Shown here: piece after piece, positions 48,183 to 57,874 of the stretch
Layout of the letters: each line of letters begins with the position of its first letter
Position numbering within the stretch: position 1 is the stretch's first letter
Assembly: GCA_963820525.1 (NCBI GenBank)
Contig: CAWGAA010000001.1
Location: 2,528,001-2,592,000 of the forward strand
DNA: 64,000 nt
Reading direction: 5' to 3'
Source: an uncultured Spirochaetota bacterium
GTDB lineage: Bacteria > Spirochaetota > Spirochaetia > SZUA-6 > Fen-1364
The notes under the pieces: model-generated
What the model saw: only the letters and a program-made list of their open reading frames with translations
Told to the model about the DNA's origin: nothing
Databases searched by the model: none
Made by a program: the position numbers and the translations under genes

Positions 48183-49436
48183 CTAATGCTTGAAACTCCT
48201 CTGGCCCGTGAACACCATGGCGACGCCGGATTCGTTACAGGCCTCGATTGATTCGAAATCACGCTCGGAGCCCCCGGGCTGCACCACGGCCGTGACCCCT
48301 TCGCGGATCCCCACGTCCACCCCGTCGCGGAACGGGAAAAAGCCGTCGGATACCATGCAGGAGCCCGCGATCCCGCCCTTCTGGCGCGACACTTCCCGGT
48401 CTATCTCGGCCCGCGCCTCAGGCTTGGCAAGGCCGCTGTACGGGGTCGTGAAGGCTTCCCACGAGAGCCTGTCCGCGAGCTTCCTGTACGCCTTGTCCCG
48501 CGCGATCTCGGCCACTCCCACCCGATCCTGCTCGCCCGTGCCGATCCCCACCGTCGCGCCGTCCTTGACGTAAATCACGGAGTTGCTCGAGACGCCCGAT
48601 TCGACCAGCCATCCGAAGAGCAGATCCTGGTATTCCCGCTCGGTGGGCATCCGCGCGATGCGATACTCCTTGCCCTTGCACGAGGCCTGGGCGGGGAGAA
48701 AGTCCCCGATCTCCAGGGTCCTGGGGACGAAGGAGGACTGGGCCACGATCCCGCCGTCGATGAGGCTCTTGAAGTCCACGTACCGCTCGCCGATGAAATC
48801 ACGCAGGCGCGCCATGTTGGCGATTCGCATCACGCGGAGGTTCTTCCACGTGGAGAAGATCTCCATGACCCCCGGCGCAAACTCCGGCGCCACGACAACC
48901 TCGGCGTAGGTTTCCGCGATGAGCTCGGCCGTCCGCTTATCCACTTCCCGGTTCAAGGCGATTGCGCCCCCGAAGGCGGCCAGCCTGTCGGCCATGTGGG
49001 CGCGCTGATACGCATCTGCAAGGCTCTCGCCCTTTGCCACACCGCAGGGGTTGTTGTGCTTCACGATCACGGCGCAGGGGGTGTCGCTGAAATAGCGCAG
49101 GATATTGATCGCATTGTCGCAGTCCGTGATATTGATCTTGCCCGGGTGCTTGCCGGACTGCAGGAGCTCCACGTCGGAGGCAAGGTACCTTCCGGGCTGG
49201 ATCGTCGTCACCTCACCCAGGGCGAGGTTGCCGTTCACCAGGCGGTACAATGCGGCCTCCTGACCGGGATTCTCCCCGTAGCGAAGGCCCTTCTCTTCTC
49301 CCCCGATGACCCAGCTCACCTTCTTGAAGACCAGCGTCTGCCTTCCCGACTCCCCGACAAAGGAAATTTCCATCCCGTCGGGGAAATGATCTTCCATTAT
49401 TCTCTTGTAGGCGGATTTGAAATCGGGCGCGCTCAT
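48183..49436 (-). CDS. PurH C-terminal half (AICAR transformylase-like domain)
   Basis: LRYGENPGQ, VKHNNPCG, AFGG, SDGFFPFRDG, VQPGGS, FTGQRSFKH. Confidence 0.85.
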   Translation of the reverse strand: MSAPDFKSAYKRIMEDHFPDGMEISFVGESGRQTLVFKKVSWVIGGEEKGLRYGENPGQEAALYRLVNGNLALGEVTTIQPGRYLASDVELLQSGKHPGKINITDCDNAINILRYFSDTPCAVIVKHNNPCGVAKGESLADAYQRAHMADRLAAFGGAIALNREVDKRTAELIAETYAEVVVAPEFAPGVMEIFSTWKNLRVMRIANMARLRDFIGERYVDFKSLIDGGIVAQSSFVPRTLEIGDFLPAQASCKGKEYRIARMPTEREYQDLLFGWLVESGVSSNSVIYVKDGATVGIGTGEQDRVGVAEIARDKAYRKLADRLSWEAFTTPYSGLAKPEARAEIDREVSRQKGGIAGSCMVSDGFFPFRDGVDVGIREGVTAVVQPGGSERDFESIEACNESGVAMVFTGQRSFKH

Positions 49437-50131
49437 GACGAGGAGCTCCGGTTCTTCACGGAATAGCAGGCTGCCATGTCCTGGAATGAAAGCCGGGAAA
49501 GATGCGCGGCGATGGCCCCGTCATAGTCCGCCGTGAGGCGGAAGGCCTTCTGGGCCAGGCGGAAACGCGTGGCCAGGGAGAGAAGCCCGCCGGTGGATGA
49601 AAGCTCCTCAACGACTCCCCTGTAGTCCGAGGGATCGGTGACCGCCGCGACCCTGTGGAAATTCTTTGCTGCGGCGCGGACCATGCAGGGCCCGCCGATG
49701 TCGATGTTTCCCCGTGCCGCCTCGGGGCTTGCGCCGGCGGCGGCGATCGTCTTCTGGAAGGGATAGAGATTGACCACGACCATGTCGATGGGTGACGCGC
49801 CCAGCCGTCCGAGGTCGTCCTGGTGGGCCGGATTGTAGGTCTCGGAGAGAAGGCCGAGATAGATCTTGAAGTCCAGCGTCTTCACCAATCCGCCCTGCAT
49901 CTCCGGCTGACCGGTGTACGCGGAGACCTGCATGAGGGTGCCGGAGGCGCGCGGGCCGAGGATCCGGGCGATCTCGGCATGGGTTCCGCCGGTTGAAAGG
50001 ATCCGCGCCTTCGGGTTGGCGGCAAGGAGGCCGGTCACCAGAACCTCGAGCCCCGCCTTGTCGGAAACGCTCACGAGTACGGTCCGTAGCGCGACGCGAT
50101 CGTCGATGGATTGGACTGTGTTGATGGCCAT
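49433..50131 (-). CDS. PurH N-terminal half (MGS-like IMP cyclohydrolase domain)
   Basis: LVSVSDKAG, STGGT, GGLVKTL, VVVNLYPF, IDIGGPCMVRAAAKN; ATGA coupling to the next gene. Confidence 0.88.
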   Translation of the reverse strand: MAINTVQSIDDRVALRTVLVSVSDKAGLEVLVTGLLAANPKARILSTGGTHAEIARILGPRASGTLMQVSAYTGQPEMQGGLVKTLDFKIYLGLLSETYNPAHQDDLGRLGASPIDMVVVNLYPFQKTIAAAGASPEAARGNIDIGGPCMVRAAAKNFHRVAAVTDPSDYRGVVEELSSTGGLLSLATRFRLAQKAFRLTADYDGAIAAHLSRLSFQDMAACYSVKNRSSSS

Positions 50132-50166
50132 GGCGCCTCCTTTGCCGGGGATTGTCTTGAGCCGCC

Positions 50167-50210
50167 ATGCTATTCGTTTTTCGATCCTGATTCAAGGGAG
50201 AACTCAGGAT
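50167..50210 (-). promoter_or_regulatory. Promoter of the purH-halves/glyA operon with a flanking inverted repeat
   Basis: TTGAAT-17-TAGCAT; ATCCTGA (50184-50190) / TCAGGAT (50204-50210) bracket the -35. Confidence 0.5.
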
Positions 50211-50230
50211 GAGAGCGCCCCCGCGGCGCT

Positions 50231-51424
50231 TTACTTTCCGCCGGAGAGCAGGGCCGTGATCCAGGGGATGGCGATGAAGTTGCCGATCATTCCGCCTATG
50301 CTGGAAAGAAAGAAGACGAGGAGAATATGCGTGACGCGGTTCCTGTAGAACCCCGTGAAGCTCGCCACGTCATCCTGGAGCCTCTCGAAGTCCTGGACCC
50401 GCGGCTTTCTCAGGAACGCCTCTGAGATTCCCGTGAAAAGCCCGATGCCGACAAACGGGTTCAAGGTGGCGATGGGGGCGCCGAGGAACGCAACGAGGAT
50501 GGTGAGGGGATGGGCAAAGGCGGCCAGGGCGCCGAGCGCGGCCAGCCCTCCATTGGCCAGAAGCCATTTCAACGCGAGATCCAGGCTCATCTGCCAGCCG
50601 GACTTGAGAAAGCCCAGGGCGAAAATGGCGACGAGCGCCGCGGGGACCACCCAGGGCAGGATTCGGGAGGCCGCCGTTTTTTGGGGAAGCCGGTCCAGGG
50701 GGGAGATGTCCTCGGACTGCCGTCCCTGCGCCAGGGCATCGATGTGGGCGCTGATCCCCGACAGGTGCCCCGCCCCGACCACGGCGACCAGCTTCTTTCC
50801 CTCGGCCTGGAATATCTTCGTCGCGAGGTAGCGGTCCCGTTCGTCGATGAGGACCTCCTTGGCGGGCGGCAGGTATTCGGCGAGCTCTTCCATCATCGTG
50901 GCCAGGACGTCCTTCTGCTTGAGCTTCTCGATCTCGGCGGCATCGAGCTTCTCGTCGGAGAACACGGCGGAAACCATGGCCGCCAGCATCTTGCTCTTTC
51001 CCCAGAGGCCGGTCCGCCCCCACGCCCTGCGCAGCGTGACCTGGATGTTCCTGTCGCACAGCGAGTAGGGGATACCCAGCTCCTCTGCAGTTTGGACCGA
51101 AGCGAGCATCTCCTCCCCCGGTCTCACCCCGAGGTCGGAGCCCAGCTTTCGCTGAAACGAGGCCAAGACGAGGTTTGCCAGGAGGAGAAATCCCTTCCCT
51201 TCGCGCAGCACCTTGCCGACATTCAAGTTTTGCCAGGAGCTTCCCTGGGTCATGGATGCGTGGCGGCTCGCGTCGAGCTCCACGCACACCCGATCGGGGC
51301 GTTCCTCCGTAATGACGCGGCGGACCTCCTCGACGCTCTCGCGCGAGACGTGGGCGGTGCCCACCAATACGATCTCCTTGCCGCCCACGTTTAGCCGAAC
51401 GATCCCCTGCTCCGTGGCTTCCAT
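50231..51424 (-). CDS. TraB/GumN (PrgY-like) family protein
   Basis: LVGTAHVS, VCVELD, ERDRYLA, VVGAGH, C-terminal TM region. Confidence 0.92.
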   Translation of the reverse strand: MEATEQGIVRLNVGGKEIVLVGTAHVSRESVEEVRRVITEERPDRVCVELDASRHASMTQGSSWQNLNVGKVLREGKGFLLLANLVLASFQRKLGSDLGVRPGEEMLASVQTAEELGIPYSLCDRNIQVTLRRAWGRTGLWGKSKMLAAMVSAVFSDEKLDAAEIEKLKQKDVLATMMEELAEYLPPAKEVLIDERDRYLATKIFQAEGKKLVAVVGAGHLSGISAHIDALAQGRQSEDISPLDRLPQKTAASRILPWVVPAALVAIFALGFLKSGWQMSLDLALKWLLANGGLAALGALAAFAHPLTILVAFLGAPIATLNPFVGIGLFTGISEAFLRKPRVQDFERLQDDVASFTGFYRNRVTHILLVFFLSSIGGMIGNFIAIPWITALLSGGK

Positions 51425-52834
51425 CTATTCCTTGCCTTTCAGTTTCTGGAGCTCCCGCATGGCAATTCCGATCTCGGGAGCATCTGATGAGGCGGCGCCT
51501 TCCATCTCGAAGAGGTAGATTGTTGCCGGGGCGATCCGCCCGTCCGCGAGGGAGAGCGCAGCCATGTAGAAGAGCATGCGGGCGGCGAGCGCCTTGTTTT
51601 TCTCCTTGGCAATCCGCGCGCTGTATGAGCCGTCCATGGACTGCGGCTCAATCAGGAAGCGCGCAGCGTCGAAGTACCAGGAGTCCCGGGGAATTGCGCT
51701 CATCACCCCCTGGAGATAGCCGGCCGCCTGCTTGGCCTGTCCCGCCCTGCGCAGCGCGAGAGCGGAAAGGAGTGCGAAGGAATGTTCCTCCGGTTCCGCC
51801 TTGTACGCCTGGAGGAAGGCGGCACGCGCCCCCGACCAGTCCTCCTTCATGTAGAGAAGAACTCCGAGGGGCTCGTACGCGAAGTAATAATCGGGCCTGA
51901 GGCTCACGAGCCTCTTGTAATCCGAAAGCGCCTGATCGTCGGCGTGCCGCAGGTAGAGGATCCCCGCCCGCATCGCGTAGCCGATGAACTCCTCGGGCGC
52001 CAGCTTGATCGCCATGGAGAAATCCTCCAGGGCCTGGTCGGGTTTTCGCGCCTGCAGATACAGCCTCCCTCGGTCGATGTACGACCACGAGTAGCTGGGA
52101 TCCAGCCCTATGGCCCGGGAGAGGTCCTGGATGGCCCCGGCGGAATCGCCTTGGGCGCCCCTGGCCCGCGCCCTGTCGATGTAGGAGAAGGGATAGTCGG
52201 GCTGGACATCGATCGCCTTGGAGAAGATCTCCGAGGCTTTCGCGTACTCCTTCCTCTGGGTGGAAATGGAGCCCTCGCCCATGAGGGCGACAAGGTTGGC
52301 CGGGTCGCTTGCCAACGCCCTCCTGAAATAGCCCAGGGCCGTCTCCGGGTCCTTGTCTTCCAGGGCGAGATCTCCGAGAGCGGCGAGGGAGTCGGAATGT
52401 GAAGGATCCAGCGCTATGGCCTTCTGGAGATACTCCTTCTGCCCCCTCTTGTTTTCAGCCAGAGCCTCGAGTATCGAGAGGTTGTAGAGAACCTCCGCGT
52501 CCCTGCCATCCTCGGCCAGGAGCAGGTCGAACTCCTCCCGCGCTTCATCCATCTTTCCCGCCATCATGAGCAGCCGGGCGTGAAGGAGGCGCGTCTCGCG
52601 GCTCTGGGGCCGCTCCTTGAGCGCCTTGTCGTATTCGCTCAAGGCCTGCTCGGGATTGCCGACAGCTATGGAGGCGGCAATGCTCTCGTAGGGGGCCTCC
52701 GGCTCCTTCGGGGCCGGCCTTTGCGGCCGGGATGGAGCCATACAGGAGAGGAAGATCGCGGCGACCAGCACGACGGGCAGGCAGAAAAGAGATTTCTGCG
52801 CGACAACGAGTAAGGAGCATGGCGAGGGAATCAT
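51425..52834 (-). CDS. TPR lipoprotein
   Basis: AAIFLS-C lipobox; many TPR repeats (AIALDPSH, ALASDPAN, AIDVQPDY); start could also be 52852. Confidence 0.85.
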   Translation of the reverse strand: MIPSPCSLLVVAQKSLFCLPVVLVAAIFLSCMAPSRPQRPAPKEPEAPYESIAASIAVGNPEQALSEYDKALKERPQSRETRLLHARLLMMAGKMDEAREEFDLLLAEDGRDAEVLYNLSILEALAENKRGQKEYLQKAIALDPSHSDSLAALGDLALEDKDPETALGYFRRALASDPANLVALMGEGSISTQRKEYAKASEIFSKAIDVQPDYPFSYIDRARARGAQGDSAGAIQDLSRAIGLDPSYSWSYIDRGRLYLQARKPDQALEDFSMAIKLAPEEFIGYAMRAGILYLRHADDQALSDYKRLVSLRPDYYFAYEPLGVLLYMKEDWSGARAAFLQAYKAEPEEHSFALLSALALRRAGQAKQAAGYLQGVMSAIPRDSWYFDAARFLIEPQSMDGSYSARIAKEKNKALAARMLFYMAALSLADGRIAPATIYLFEMEGAASSDAPEIGIAMRELQKLKGKE

Positions 52835-52863
52835 GGAAACCTTCGATTTCATAGCCCAACGCG

Positions 52864-52892
52864 TTGAATCTTTCAAGCCCCCCTGATAGAAT
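52864..52892 (+). promoter_or_regulatory. sigma70-like promoter with extended -10
   Basis: TTGAAT-17-TAGAAT with TG just upstream of the -10. Confidence 0.55.
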
Positions 52893-52904
52893 ATCAGACG
52901 CCCA

Positions 52905-54746
52905 ATGCCTGACGCTTCCCGCAGACTCCGCTTCATCAGCTTTCTCGTCTACGGCGCAGCCGTGCTGCTCCTCTTCTATCTCGCATTGTTTTCCCGCGGG
53001 TTCTCGCAGAACGTGGGGGAGGTCCGCATCCACGGCCGCTACGCGCCTTTCCCGCTCCTCGGCGAGCGAAGGGTGAGGGACCTGGAAATCTCCTACCATG
53101 GGCTCAATCTCTCCTTCTCCCGCTCCCGGCCCCTTGTCATTCGTACGGCCGACGGCAGGGATGCGGCCCGCTCGATAGACTCGATACGCTTCTATTCCGA
53201 CGAAGCCGATATCCTCTTCGAGGGGGGAGTCGCTCTCCACCTCACGGCAGATCCCGGCGGCACCTCCTCCTATACGATCGCCATTTCCTCTCCTTCGGCC
53301 GAAGAGGCGTCACTGCTCATCGCCTTCTCGCTCAGGGAGCGCGCCGGCAAGGGTGATGGGGCACCCGTGCTCTCGTGGAGCGGCAGCGGAAACTCCTATA
53401 TCCTGTCGGTATCGGAAAGGTCGAAGATCGATTCCCCCGCCGGCTCGCTCGTAATCGCCTCCGGAAAGCAGGGAAAAGCGGCCATCCGGCTCGGCGCCGA
53501 CGTCTCGCCCCTTGCCGGTCCCTACGCATCCTGGCTGTCTCAGCAAGCCGCGCTCGCGACGCCCGAGGCGCTCCAGAAGTCGTTTTCCGCGTTCGCCGAC
53601 GCCTCCTTCAGCGGCTGGACAAGAACGAGAATATCGACCGACGGCGCCTCGTGGCGCGGTGCGGACGGCGCGTTCGGGGTAAGCGAGGATCTGGGCCAGG
53701 CGCTGATCGCCGAATCGATTGCCCGCGGCACGTATCTGAAGTACCGCGCCCTCTACCAACAGGCAATCGGCCAGCGCCTCGTGCAGAGCCCCCAGCTCCC
53801 ATTCACGCTTTCCTCCAGCCCCTACATCGGAAACCTGGCCGAGTTCTCTCGGCGCCTCGAAGCTCGGCAAGCGGCCGAAGTGGAGAGACTGCGTCGGCTT
53901 CTGGCCGCCCCTGACGCCTCCCTCGGGGACGCCGGTGCCATTGTGTCGACCCTGCTCGACCACGGTCCCTTCTCGCTGGTCCAGGACGCCCTGGCGCTCT
54001 TCGAGCAGCGGGATATGAAGCGGGCGGACCTCTCCCTCCTCCTGGTCATGCTGGAATCGTTTCTCGACTATGCCTCCTTCGCAGACGAGACCGGCAACAG
54101 CCTCACGGAATGCCGCTCGATAATCGAGAAGGGAATCCTCCCCGCGATCCGCAATACTGACCAAGGGATGTTCCTCGTCGGAGGCAAGGATGGCACGGTG
54201 GACGTGGCGATGAGCCTGCACGCGGCATCCCTTCTCCTGCGCTGCGGTGACGAGCTCAAGATGCCCGTGATTTCCTCTCTTGGAAGAAGCCTCATGATAG
54301 GGTCTCTTGGCCTGGTGCGCGACGAGGGGTTCCTTCCGGCGACGCTCACGCTTTCTGCCGACGCCGTCGTTTCCCAGGACGGCTTGCTCGCTCCGGAATC
54401 GATCTACCGGTATGTGGCAATCGACGGCTACATTCCCCGGGAGCGCCCCCTCTACAGATATCTCGGACCCGGGACATGGATCTGGTCGGCGGCGAAGGTA
54501 CAGTCCATAGAGTCCACGACGGAGACGCTGCGCATCCTTTTCTCGTTTCCCGCAGGCCTGCCTCATTACGCGATAATCCAGGGAGTGAAGCCCTTTCGGG
54601 AGCTCCAGATGCACGGGACCGCCTGGAGAACAGACCCCGAGTATGCACAGTACTCGGACGGGTGGATGTATAGCGCCCTGAGCAAGACGCTGTACCTGAA
54701 ACTGACGGAAAAACAGGAAAAAGAAGAGATCCTGATCACCTACTAG
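52905..54746 (+). CDS. Hypothetical membrane-anchored/exported protein
   Basis: 613-aa ORF with an N-terminal TM/signal segment and promoter upstream. Confidence 0.75.
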   Translation: MPDASRRLRFISFLVYGAAVLLLFYLALFSRGFSQNVGEVRIHGRYAPFPLLGERRVRDLEISYHGLNLSFSRSRPLVIRTADGRDAARSIDSIRFYSDEADILFEGGVALHLTADPGGTSSYTIAISSPSAEEASLLIAFSLRERAGKGDGAPVLSWSGSGNSYILSVSERSKIDSPAGSLVIASGKQGKAAIRLGADVSPLAGPYASWLSQQAALATPEALQKSFSAFADASFSGWTRTRISTDGASWRGADGAFGVSEDLGQALIAESIARGTYLKYRALYQQAIGQRLVQSPQLPFTLSSSPYIGNLAEFSRRLEARQAAEVERLRRLLAAPDASLGDAGAIVSTLLDHGPFSLVQDALALFEQRDMKRADLSLLLVMLESFLDYASFADETGNSLTECRSIIEKGILPAIRNTDQGMFLVGGKDGTVDVAMSLHAASLLLRCGDELKMPVISSLGRSLMIGSLGLVRDEGFLPATLTLSADAVVSQDGLLAPESIYRYVAIDGYIPRERPLYRYLGPGTWIWSAAKVQSIESTTETLRILFSFPAGLPHYAIIQGVKPFRELQMHGTAWRTDPEYAQYSDGWMYSALSKTLYLKLTEKQEKEEILITY

Positions 54747-54761
54747 CTGATCCGCCCCCGG

Positions 54762-55517
54762 CTATGCCAGATGGAATGTCTTTCCCGAGAACCCGGGGTC
54801 TTTCGCGCGGACCAGGGGAGGGAGATCTCCGATCACGCCGAAGCGGTCATCCTTGATGATGAGAAGCCCGCGCACCCCCGGGATGGCGGAGACCCTGTGC
54901 AGTGTCGGCTCAACGTCGTGGACGCTCTTCACGCAGTTTCCCGTGAGGGTCGCGGCCGCGTCGGCCAGGGCGCCATCCCGCGCCACGACTGTTGCCAGAT
55001 CGCAGTCTCCGAAGCTCAAGCTGTGGCCGAACCGGCTGGATGAGGAGCAGATCGAGAGGGGCATCAATGGGGGGTCCACGCGGAAGGCAAGGGTGCCGGA
55101 GAGCGGGTGGTCTCCCGCGTACAGCCCTACGGTGACGGCGGCCGGCGAAGTGAGGAAGATGTCGCCCCCATTCTCAATTATGGCCTCATCGGCTCCCGCC
55201 GCGATGGCCGCCTCGGCGCACATCTCCGCAACGGCCCCGGCAACTGCGGCCATCGGCCCCACGCCGCAGGCAGCCGCAGCGCGGGCCATGCGGAGCGCGA
55301 TCTCGGGAGCGTTCACCAATAGCTGGATCGGGACCAGGGATGTGCGAAACTCCGGCTGCCGCTCGATGTAAAGCTCGAGCACTCCACGAAGCCGCTTCAC
55401 CTCTTGGCAGATCAGCCGCGAGCGGGGCGAGCAGATCCGCAGGTTCGCCTCTTTCCAGCTGAAGGTGGCGTAGCGGCGGGGTGAGCCCGGCACGCGCGTA
55501 TGTCGCGGAACCTCCAC
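54762..55517 (-). CDS. UPF0280 / ApbE-like protein (MA1715-like)
   Basis: GPMAAVAG, IIENGGDI, ICSSS, ADAAAT; GTG start after GGAGG. Confidence 0.87.
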   Translation of the reverse strand: MEVPRHTRVPGSPRRYATFSWKEANLRICSPRSRLICQEVKRLRGVLELYIERQPEFRTSLVPIQLLVNAPEIALRMARAAAACGVGPMAAVAGAVAEMCAEAAIAAGADEAIIENGGDIFLTSPAAVTVGLYAGDHPLSGTLAFRVDPPLMPLSICSSSSRFGHSLSFGDCDLATVVARDGALADAAATLTGNCVKSVHDVEPTLHRVSAIPGVRGLLIIKDDRFGVIGDLPPLVRAKDPGFSGKTFHLA

Positions 55518-55539
55518 ATCTCCTCCCGCCTGGCGGCAG

Positions 55540-55950
55540 CTAGAAAAGCGATGAACAGGCGCCGAAGGGGCAGTTCTGGAGGCAGGAGAGGCATTCCACA
55601 CAGTCGCCGGGGTAGAACGCCACCGTCCTGCTCGCGGCATCGGAAAAGCGCAGCGCTTTCGTGGGACAGTGGGGGAGGCAGTTGCCGCAATGGGTGCATT
55701 TCTGGACGTCCCACCGCACCCCGACGCCCGCCTCATCGACGTCCACCTTGAAGGTCTGAACGTACTCGATGCCCCGCCGGATGTCCTGCTCGCTTCCCGA
55801 TAGGTCCAGGACGAGGTAGCCGTACTCCTCGGGGGTCACCTTGGCGCGGAAGATGTTGATCACGAGGTTGTAGTTCTTCACCAGGTTGTAGACGATCGGC
55901 TTTTCCGTCTCGCTCTTGGGGAATGAGAACATCACCCTCTTGGTGGTCAT
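55540..55950 (-). CDS. NIL domain + 2x[4Fe-4S] ferredoxin (MA1822-like)
   Basis: PIVYNLVKNYNLVINIFRA NIL domain; CTHCGNCLPHCP and CVECLSCLQNCP; ATGA coupling. Confidence 0.9.
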   Translation of the reverse strand: MTTKRVMFSFPKSETEKPIVYNLVKNYNLVINIFRAKVTPEEYGYLVLDLSGSEQDIRRGIEYVQTFKVDVDEAGVGVRWDVQKCTHCGNCLPHCPTKALRFSDAASRTVAFYPGDCVECLSCLQNCPFGACSSLF

Positions 55951-57137
55951 TTCTTCTTCTCCCTGACAACGAGCGGCTTCATCGACTGGGCGCGAGGAAG
56001 AGGCCGCCATGGCCGCGACAGGAGGAACTCTCCCCGCTTTATCTCGTCCTGGAGCACATGCGCGATCTCCAGCGCCATCGCGTAGGAGGAAAGGGAACCT
56101 ACCTCGACCGTCTTTCCCAATACGGTCGCCTCGCCGCGCTTCAGCTCCTCATAGGAGAGGCGGCAGAGGACCTTCCCCGTCCTGTTGGGGTAGTCGCTGG
56201 AATAGTCGACAACGGGCGCCAGGATGTCGCGGTCGCGGACCGTGGTGCGCGCGAGGATCCGGGAATTGAGGATGGGGATGGGAATGCCCACGCCGAGAGA
56301 GAGGGAAACCCCATAGCCGATGAGGCTCAGGCCGCGGAGGTACTTGCCCTTCATCTCCTTCATGTTGGCCGTCAGCCCCAGGGTGCCGGCCCCCTCCGTG
56401 GGTACATCGTTGGGCCCGCGCTCACAGGTGGAGGCATACTGCGTGCCCTCGGCGTGCACATGCCCGTGCGCCCCGGCCAGCCACACGCTTGTGCCGATCC
56501 CGATGGTCTCGTAAAGGGGATCGTTCAGAAGAGGGGAGAGCTGCCCCGCGGAGGAGTAGGTGATGTTCTGCATGCTCGGCTTGAGAAGCCCGAAGTAGGT
56601 GTAAAGCGGCCGCTCGCCGCAGTTGATGGCCACGTTGTAGTTCTGGTAGCAGTTTCTGGGATTCACCATGATGGCCTGGTTCACGTCCTTTATCGTGAAC
56701 CAGGTGCGAAGCTCCCTCAGGGGATACTCGTCGGTGCCGTAGGAAATCGCGTGAAGCTCAAGCCTCTCTCCGGCCACGAGCCTCTCTATAACGTGCCCTC
56801 CGCCATAGCGGAACTCGCCGGGGTAATAGAGGTTCGCCGGGTCGTTGCGCCGAAGCTGGGTGGCGCCGAGATACACGTCCACCGCCGCAATGCCGCAGTA
56901 GGCCTCCACCTCGTCGATCCATGCCTGGGTCATGCGGATCCGCGGCTTCGAATGGCCGAAGTTGATGAAGCAGCCGGAGGAGCACATCGGGCCGAAGGTT
57001 GCCGTTGTCACCACGTCAACCTCTTCCGCGGCCTCTTCCAACCCTTTCTTTTCGACGTAATCGATGACTTCCTCGGCCGTGAGGACCAGGGCTTTCTTCG
57101 ACTCGATTCTGGCGTTGATCTGCTCGTACGTTTTCAT
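55947..57137 (-). CDS. DUF39 L-aspartate semialdehyde sulfurtransferase (homocysteine biosynthesis; MA1821/MJ0100-like, no CBS domains)
   Basis: MKTYEQIN, VDVVTTATFGPMCSSG, YGGGHVI, RNCYQNY, SPLLNDP. Confidence 0.92.
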   Translation of the reverse strand: MKTYEQINARIESKKALVLTAEEVIDYVEKKGLEEAAEEVDVVTTATFGPMCSSGCFINFGHSKPRIRMTQAWIDEVEAYCGIAAVDVYLGATQLRRNDPANLYYPGEFRYGGGHVIERLVAGERLELHAISYGTDEYPLRELRTWFTIKDVNQAIMVNPRNCYQNYNVAINCGERPLYTYFGLLKPSMQNITYSSAGQLSPLLNDPLYETIGIGTSVWLAGAHGHVHAEGTQYASTCERGPNDVPTEGAGTLGLTANMKEMKGKYLRGLSLIGYGVSLSLGVGIPIPILNSRILARTTVRDRDILAPVVDYSSDYPNRTGKVLCRLSYEELKRGEATVLGKTVEVGSLSSYAMALEIAHVLQDEIKRGEFLLSRPWRPLPRAQSMKPLVVREKKK

Positions 57138-57150
57138 CGTTGGGTGGGTT

Positions 57151-57180
57151 ACTGTAGCGCAGGCGGGGCGGCGCTTGCAA
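57151..57180 (-). promoter_or_regulatory. sigma70-like promoter of the DUF39 operon
   Basis: TTGCAA-18-TACAGT, 13 nt before ATG, no SD. Confidence 0.5.
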
Positions 57181-57286
57181 GCGGGAAGGCGCTGACAACC
57201 GGCTCGAGCGTTCAGGCGGGCCGCGCTCAAAGCGCCGCGGCTGAAGCGTCCGAGGCGCCGTCAAGCCCGCGCCCGAAGCACCCGCT

Positions 57287-57796
57287 TCAGAACGTGAAGA
57301 GAATCCCCGCGTTCACGTGGAAGACCCCAATGTTCTGGTCTCCCACGAACAGCCACGCGTACTTCGCCTGCACGAACGCGTCGAGGTTGCTGATCAGCCG
57401 GAAGGTGCCTCCGGCGAGCACGCCGACGTGGATCGCCAGGACATCCGCCACGGCGGTGAGCCCGGGCGCCAAGCCGGCGTAAAGGCTGAAATCGGAGAGA
57501 GGGACGATGAACTTGAACGCGATATCGAAATCCGTGGCGTTCTGCGTGCCGAACTTGTACAGCTCAGATGAAGGAGTCAGGTGGAATGTATAGACCAGAG
57601 GGATATTGACGTAGAAGCCCCAATTGAAGCTGGTCTGTGTATCGACGCCGGGAACGCCGGCAGGGCTTGCCTGCGGCAAGGCGGCTCCCAGAGAAATCCC
57701 CAGCCCCACGGAGTTGCCCGAGACTTGTGCAAAGAGCGGGAGAGCTAGGAAAAGTGCCACCGCTGCAAGAGCAAGAATGAGAGCCGTCCGTTTCAT
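57287..57796 (-). CDS. Small outer-membrane beta-barrel protein
   Basis: Signal peptide, amphipathic strands, C-terminal Phe (NAGILFTF); AGGAGG SD. Confidence 0.75.
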   Translation of the reverse strand: MKRTALILALAAVALFLALPLFAQVSGNSVGLGISLGAALPQASPAGVPGVDTQTSFNWGFYVNIPLVYTFHLTPSSELYKFGTQNATDFDIAFKFIVPLSDFSLYAGLAPGLTAVADVLAIHVGVLAGGTFRLISNLDAFVQAKYAWLFVGDQNIGVFHVNAGILFTF

Positions 57797-57874
57797 GAGC
57801 GTCTCCTCCTTCGCCGGATTCTATCCCTTTCTCCAACCCCATGGAAAGCCCCGGTGGACACCGGGGCCGAAGCA

